Positions 36,659 through 42,013 of a DNA stretch of 42,013 bases are shown piece by piece; positions within the stretch are counted from its first letter, which is position 1; each line of letters starts with the position of its first letter. Where the stretch lies: the NCBI GenBank assembly GCA_910592345.1, contig CAJVPI010000215.1, forward strand, positions 1 through 42,013. The letters run 5' to 3'. The position numbers and the translations under genes are program-made. The DNA is from Paraglomus brasilianum. Lineage: Eukaryota. The notes under the pieces were generated by a model. The model did not search any database. It saw nothing but the letters and a program-made list of their open reading frames with translations, and had not been told where the DNA came from.

Positions 36659-37918
36659 TGTTGCTTGATTGTTACGATTAGACGTTGATGATATACTCGT
36701 TTCAAAGATGCTCAGCTCCGCAAGTCAGTTAAAAAGCTAATATTTATAAAAAAGAAAGAGAGCACGAGCACAACTACCAAATACTCGGACGGCAGTATGC
36801 TCCAGCGTCGTTAGGTCTTTTAAAAAGATATTCGCTTGACGTTGATGATATGATAAAGGAATAATGTCATGTCACATCCCTTGTCAAACGACTAGTACAA
36901 TTTAATTGAGAAAAAGTTAATAATTGCAGAACTTTAGTGACTAGTGTTTATCACCGTTTCCGCAACAAAGGGGAGGGGAGGGAGCTCTTTTCGAAGTTAC
37001 TGAGAATGTCGGCCAATCATTTAGCGGAGAAATGATAACGTACACGTCATAAAGTCCGTTTAGTGTTGCATTTTAATTTTGGAAGCTTATACATAACATT
37101 CTTTTCACTCCTGAAAAGCTGAGATCACAAATCATTCATTTGTCATTCTCCTAAAATAAAGGCATTGGCTTGTGTACGATCACCCTCATTTCGTTGACCA
37201 TGTTCGGTAGGAGAGTAGATTGCTGGATGGAAAGAAAAGATGAAGGAGAAACACCATCAAACATGTAGCTGCCTAAAGACGAGAAAGAATGAGTAGAACC
37301 TTCGTGGGAAATGCAGATCGTTACCAAAATGGAGTAGTAACTGATGATCGGGGTCTATGAAACTTTGTCTTGTCACACGACTTGTATATTTTGACAATAA
37401 ATCATAACTCAGGGATTGACCCCGAAACGTAATAGTATACAAATACGTCCAAGTATCGTTATACACTGCTTGTAAGTAGCTTACATTTGTCGGTAGGTAA
37501 ACAAGACCATCTACATGAAGACATTTACTTGCATTCTTGACCAGAACAGGGTTAAGGAGTCTGCCGAGCCTGCATCAACAGATCTACGTCTAATTTTATA
37601 GATCGACATAAAAATATCAGATGCTTATTTATAAAAAGGGAATATGACGCATTGGTGCAAATTATTATAGTAATATTAATTATTAATTCGTAGCTCTTAA
37701 GAGTAGAAGACATTCACACAAAGAACATAGACCTTTAATGCTTTTGTATACAATTTCCGGTTGTAACAGCGGGCGGAAATGAATTTGACATTTTATTTCG
37801 TTACTATTACTATATGCTCTTCTTAAATTTGGTAGACCAAACGCTGTAAATTCTTCAGCGATCAGAGTCACAGAAAGCTCGAACAACAGAAATCTTCTAA
37901 CTTAGTGGGAAAGAAATA

Positions 37919-38116
37919 CAGTCATCCCCCTCTACAGTCACGCCTCCCTCTATAAGCACATCATATAAAAAACCTCTTTATAAGCACACCATGTTGAGAA
38001 CCAATTACTATTAAACTTATAGAAAAAAACCTCTATATAGTCACAACCTCTTTATAAGCACATTTCCAACAAAAGTTGCATTGTTCCGACAGCGTGACTA
38101 TAGAAGGGGGCGACTG
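37919..38116. mobile_element. Tc1/mariner-pogo-type MITE (198 bp)
   Basis: Imperfect 25-bp TIRs CAGTCATCCCCCTCTACAGTCACGC / CAGTCGCCCCCTTCTATAGTCACGC, flanked by TA. Internal CTCTWTAAGCAC subrepeats. Confidence 0.88.
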
Positions 38117-38227
38117 TATTTGGAATTATTATTATGGACAATAGTTGACCGAGAGAGTATTGTTATTGGGTCAAATGTTACTGCATCGAAAAGAATAGTT
38201 AATATAGCTCTGCTAGAATAATCTCAC

Positions 38228-38707
38228 CTATTGTGCTTCTCCTTTCCCACTATCGGGTTTTCCATGAAAGGAAATTATCAAGCTGATTATTTTATCAACC
38301 TTCGCGTCGATTTTTCGGTCGAGATTGTCAATCTTCGCGTCGATTTTTTGGTCGAGATTGTCGATTTTGGCATCAACCTTCTTATCAAGATTGTCGATTT
38401 TGGCATCCATCTGCATCACCGACGCTAAAGATGACCGCGAATAAACCGATCTCTGTAGCATTTTTCGTGACTAACATAATTATTGCCTATTTAGTATTTT
38501 ATATCTTATAAATCTTGAAAGCAAACATTATTTTATTACTCGCTACTATTAGAAATGCGGGACCCGTTGAACCCGTTGGCAATACCACCATTATACCCGT
38601 TGGAAAGACTGGAAATGGTTCTGGCTTTGGTACCGTTGGAAAATGGTTCTCAAAATACGGCTTCCGTTGGAAATGGTTTTGAAAATGCGGCTGGAAGTAT
38701 TTGACAT
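38228..38707 (-). pseudogene. Frameshifted small protein: mitochondrial-presequence-like N-terminus, hydrophobic stretch, KID 11-aa coiled-coil repeats
   Basis: MSNTSSRIFKTISNGSRILRTI from ATG 38707, then EIGLFAVIFSVG, then (DAKIDNLD[K/Q/R]K[V/I])x3 encoded by 33-nt repeats at ~38295-38410. Frameshifts between the parts. Confidence 0.5.
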
Positions 38708-40018
38708 GTTGAAGATATTGTTTTGTTTTCGAGGAGTGGATTGTTAGAAGTAAAGTGATCGGTGACAAGCATCGAACTAATAAGTCCGTTGTAAAGCTTT
38801 ACTTCATTATAACTTTCATTATCGTAGCAGAAGTCTTATAGTAGTAAACCAGCTTCCATATCGCTACGTTTATAAATAAGCTCCTTCTTCACGATAGTTG
38901 TTTCAGGAGACTTAAGAACGATATTGCATTTATTATCCTTTCATTCGAACTGATCGTTTTCAGTATTGAATCGCTTGCAATAAGTTAACCAAGTTTTATG
39001 ACAAAAGTTTCGTTATGCATTAGATTTCGTATACCGAGGGTTGATCGTCGTCGATTTCAGGGAAATATGCAAGGTCGATCATGTTTATTTCGTTAAGGGA
39101 TGGTTGGATTTCATTTATCGAATATTATTTCCAGGTCTTCAAGACCAGATGCAAAAAGCATGGTTGAGACTTGGTCGTCCTCGGTGCCTTTTTATACATG
39201 TTTGAACCAATTTCTACACTTCGCAGCTAATTAATATCCAATAAAAATATATAATTAAATTAAGTGTTTCGGAGTACCGCAGCGATCACTTGATCAAATC
39301 ACCGTTTACAAACGCGCTACGCGCGTCTTATAATTATATTACAGTTCGGAGATTCAACCTTCTTGCGAATAATCAATTCAAATTTCGTAGCGCATTTTTG
39401 CACATGGCATTAACGGTGACATCATTACTGTTGCGAGCGACTAACAAAGGCTCAGATGGGGGGTTTTTCATCTCCAGATGGGATGCAACTCGATAAGTCG
39501 ATCTCACGTGATTTAATTACACTTGATTCATCAACCCGCTAATATCAACACCTCCTTATTATCAGCATTGGTTTACTTAAATGTTGATTTAACATAATCA
39601 GATTGTTCTTGACAATACAATGTAACAAAAAAAACCGGACTTTTTTCAGCAAGAGGAAAAACAAGTATACAGTCAAACTCCTCTAAATGGGACCGCAGAG
39701 TAGGATAAGTCACATAATATGGATCAAAGTAATTGATTGGTACAATAAATTCTTTTACAAGCGATAATAAAAAAAAAGAGTTTCTTTCTAATGACAAAAA
39801 CAACCTTGTTTGAAAAAGTAGATATCACCCAAAAAGGTTTTGTTTAATGGTGTTAAAAGTGAAAATTGATATCTCGATTGCTAAACGATCAGTGAATTAT
39901 TTGTTGTAGACGAGAAATATAGGAGTGCAATCAATGAGTGATTTAGGAAGTGGGTGATTAAGCGGTGTTAAATAAAGAAAAGTTTTTTTACATTAAATAA
40001 GCTCTTAACGATAAATTA

Positions 40019-40290
40019 GGGTGCTCTCATCAGCTACCTCCCCTAATCAGTTTTGGCAATCAAAGTTACTAAAATTAGCAATCATTGTAGGGGAGGTAGA
40101 GGGGAGGTAATTTACATCCCCCAAAGTAGGGAGGTACCATAAATAGTAATTGTACTATTGTCTCTACTATAATACTCTATGACATGTATAACTTATCAAA
40201 CAATAAAGAAATCTTTCCACTTTTGGCAAGAGCTTATTACTCCCCTTTAACTTACCTACCTGCCAAATTTGTCAGCTGATGAGAGCACCC
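40019..40290. mobile_element. PIF/Harbinger (Tourist-like) MITE (272 bp)
   Basis: Perfect 17-bp TIR GGGTGCTCTCATCAGCT with TTA target duplications at 40016-18 and 40291-93. Confidence 0.92.
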
Positions 40291-40415
40291 TTAGACTTGT
40301 GACTGATTACATTTTAGAACTTCGATCATTATTCGCACAATATAATACATCACGTGATATATACATTTAAAATACTATAATAATAATAATAAGATTTATA
40401 AAAATCGATTGCATA

Positions 40416-41151
40416 TTGCAGTCAAAAGATGTCTGCAATAGCAGATCAAGTCCGAACTCGGGACCAGACAAAAGTATGTATTTAGAGGAGTTATGCATTT
40501 TGAGGGAGACGCATTTGGATGAATTTTGCTTCCGACGGATAATTTATGCCGAATTTTATGCTAAAATCCTTCAAAAGCATAAATGCTTAGGGGTGATTGG
40601 AGATTCAACAAGACAGCGATCTGAAACATACAAGTCCAGTCGTTCTTGCTGGAGAATGCTCCAACAATCTAGATATAAACCTAGTACAAAATGTGGGATT
40701 ATTATCTCGATAAATTTGGAAGGTTTATAGCAGAGGTGTGAAAACATATTCCTGAAACACTCATAATTAGCTTGGCAGAAGTCGTTGTGAGCGGATTTTT
40801 ATCTTTCAAATAAAGTCTTGTTTATGAAAATTGATATCCGAGGGGGTTTTTTTGTTACCCCTGTACGTCAACCTCACATCAATATAAATTGTATTCTAAA
40901 CGTCAAATTAAACTTCTGCACTTATAACACGTCTCTGCATAATACAATTGAGACCGAAGAAGGTAATGATAAATAAAATAGCATTAGAAAGCATCCATAA
41001 TTTATTGAATTATGTACAGAAATCAAATGCTGGAATGAAACATTTACAACGTCAAATAAGAACCAAGCAAATCGATTCTCTAAGCCAAGCTAGTTTGCAG
41101 AGTTATTTCACATTTTACTGTATAATAACAAACAACGATTTATTAATGTGA
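40416..41151 (+). mobile_element. Highly degenerate pogo/Tigger transposase remnant
   Basis: CENP-B HTH-like LEEL..KILQK...SRSCWRMLQQSRY and typical C-terminus ALESIHNLLNYVQ...SQASLQSYF. Confidence 0.45.
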
Positions 41152-41385
41152 ATTGTATATAAACACGTGATCCTCGGTTTGTTTATAAGGACCGGCGAAT
41201 AATGGGAAATAAAACTACAGTAATGCAAGAGACCCGTTTAGAAAACCGCGCATTGAGAATTAAGCTTCGCATCTTTATTATTACTACTATTATCAGGTCC
41301 GCTATTTCCAGATAATCGGGTTGGCCTCCGGTAACTATAATGTATGTTCTGACCTGTCATTATCATAGCTTAAATAGCACGAGTT

Positions 41386-42013
41386 TTACTCTGGCTCGTT
41401 GGAATTAGAGGGTACATTTTTGTATTTCTTGAATTTCTCTAACAGAAATATTTTGTACCCATAAGGTATCATGACTAATGCTAGAGCGGTGTCAACAGGT
41501 ACACGTTCCCTTATTAAGGATTCGAGCTTGACAGATTGTTCCGAGATTATTGCATCGCCTTTCAACTTATGTGAGACAGTCACACTTTGCTTAAACCACA
41601 TACTGTCAAGGTGCTGCAACAATGAACGGATTAGGTACACAATGTCATTATCAAACACGCATAAAAATGTGGCTTGAATTGATACCTCATACGATCGTTC
41701 GACCAAACGATCCTCCTCTGGGCATATCAAAACATCAACATTCTCTGCATTTTGTCACTATCATTTAAAAAAATCTGTAAAAACATAATGAATCTTATCG
41801 TCTCCATTAAAAGATACCCTACATCCCAAGAACGTGGATGACTCTTTCATCGCAGACATTAGTTTGGGTTTTTGCCGTATAGCAACCATCTTTTCTCCCA
41901 TTTTAATAATTGGTAAACTCAATTACCTCAACTCTGGCAATGGAGCATACAAATCAGATATCAAATGCTTTTTTATTTCATGTTCGTCCTCACATGGCCA
42001 TATTGCATTCGTT
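41386..42013 (-). pseudogene. 3' part of a restriction-endonuclease-fold hypothetical gene (runs off the window), probably decayed
   Basis: ERSYEVSI...HLDS...KGDAII..KLESLIRE follows a D..E..E pattern like that of the 1244-3227 gene. Confidence 0.4.

Overview
AT-rich, intron-containing fungal genomic DNA, most likely Mucoromycota (Glomeromycotina-like). This is inferred from the Sel1-repeat protein, the Cys-knuckle TKL-type kinase and the Crinkler-type restriction-endonuclease-fold genes. Apparently intact genes are a TKL-like (pseudo)kinase, two head-to-head ALYREF/Yra1-family RRM genes, a Sel1-repeat protein, TSR2, an FGD-like DH-PH-FYVE-FYVE RhoGEF and one REase-fold hypothetical protein. 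They sit among decayed genes (HSP78/ClpB fragment, Uma2-like REase, KID coiled-coil) and transposon debris: pogo/Tigger and Harbinger remnants, three TIR-bounded non-autonomous elements, a foldback-like repeat, and a TG..CA LTR-like repeat present twice. The best novelty candidate is the 362-nt first intron of the canonical YRA1-like gene. It contains a ~190-nt block that can be hand-folded into a nested multi-stem RNA, and the gene shares a short divergent promoter with a paralogue whose equivalent intron is only ~95 nt. All calls come from manual reading, with no searches run.
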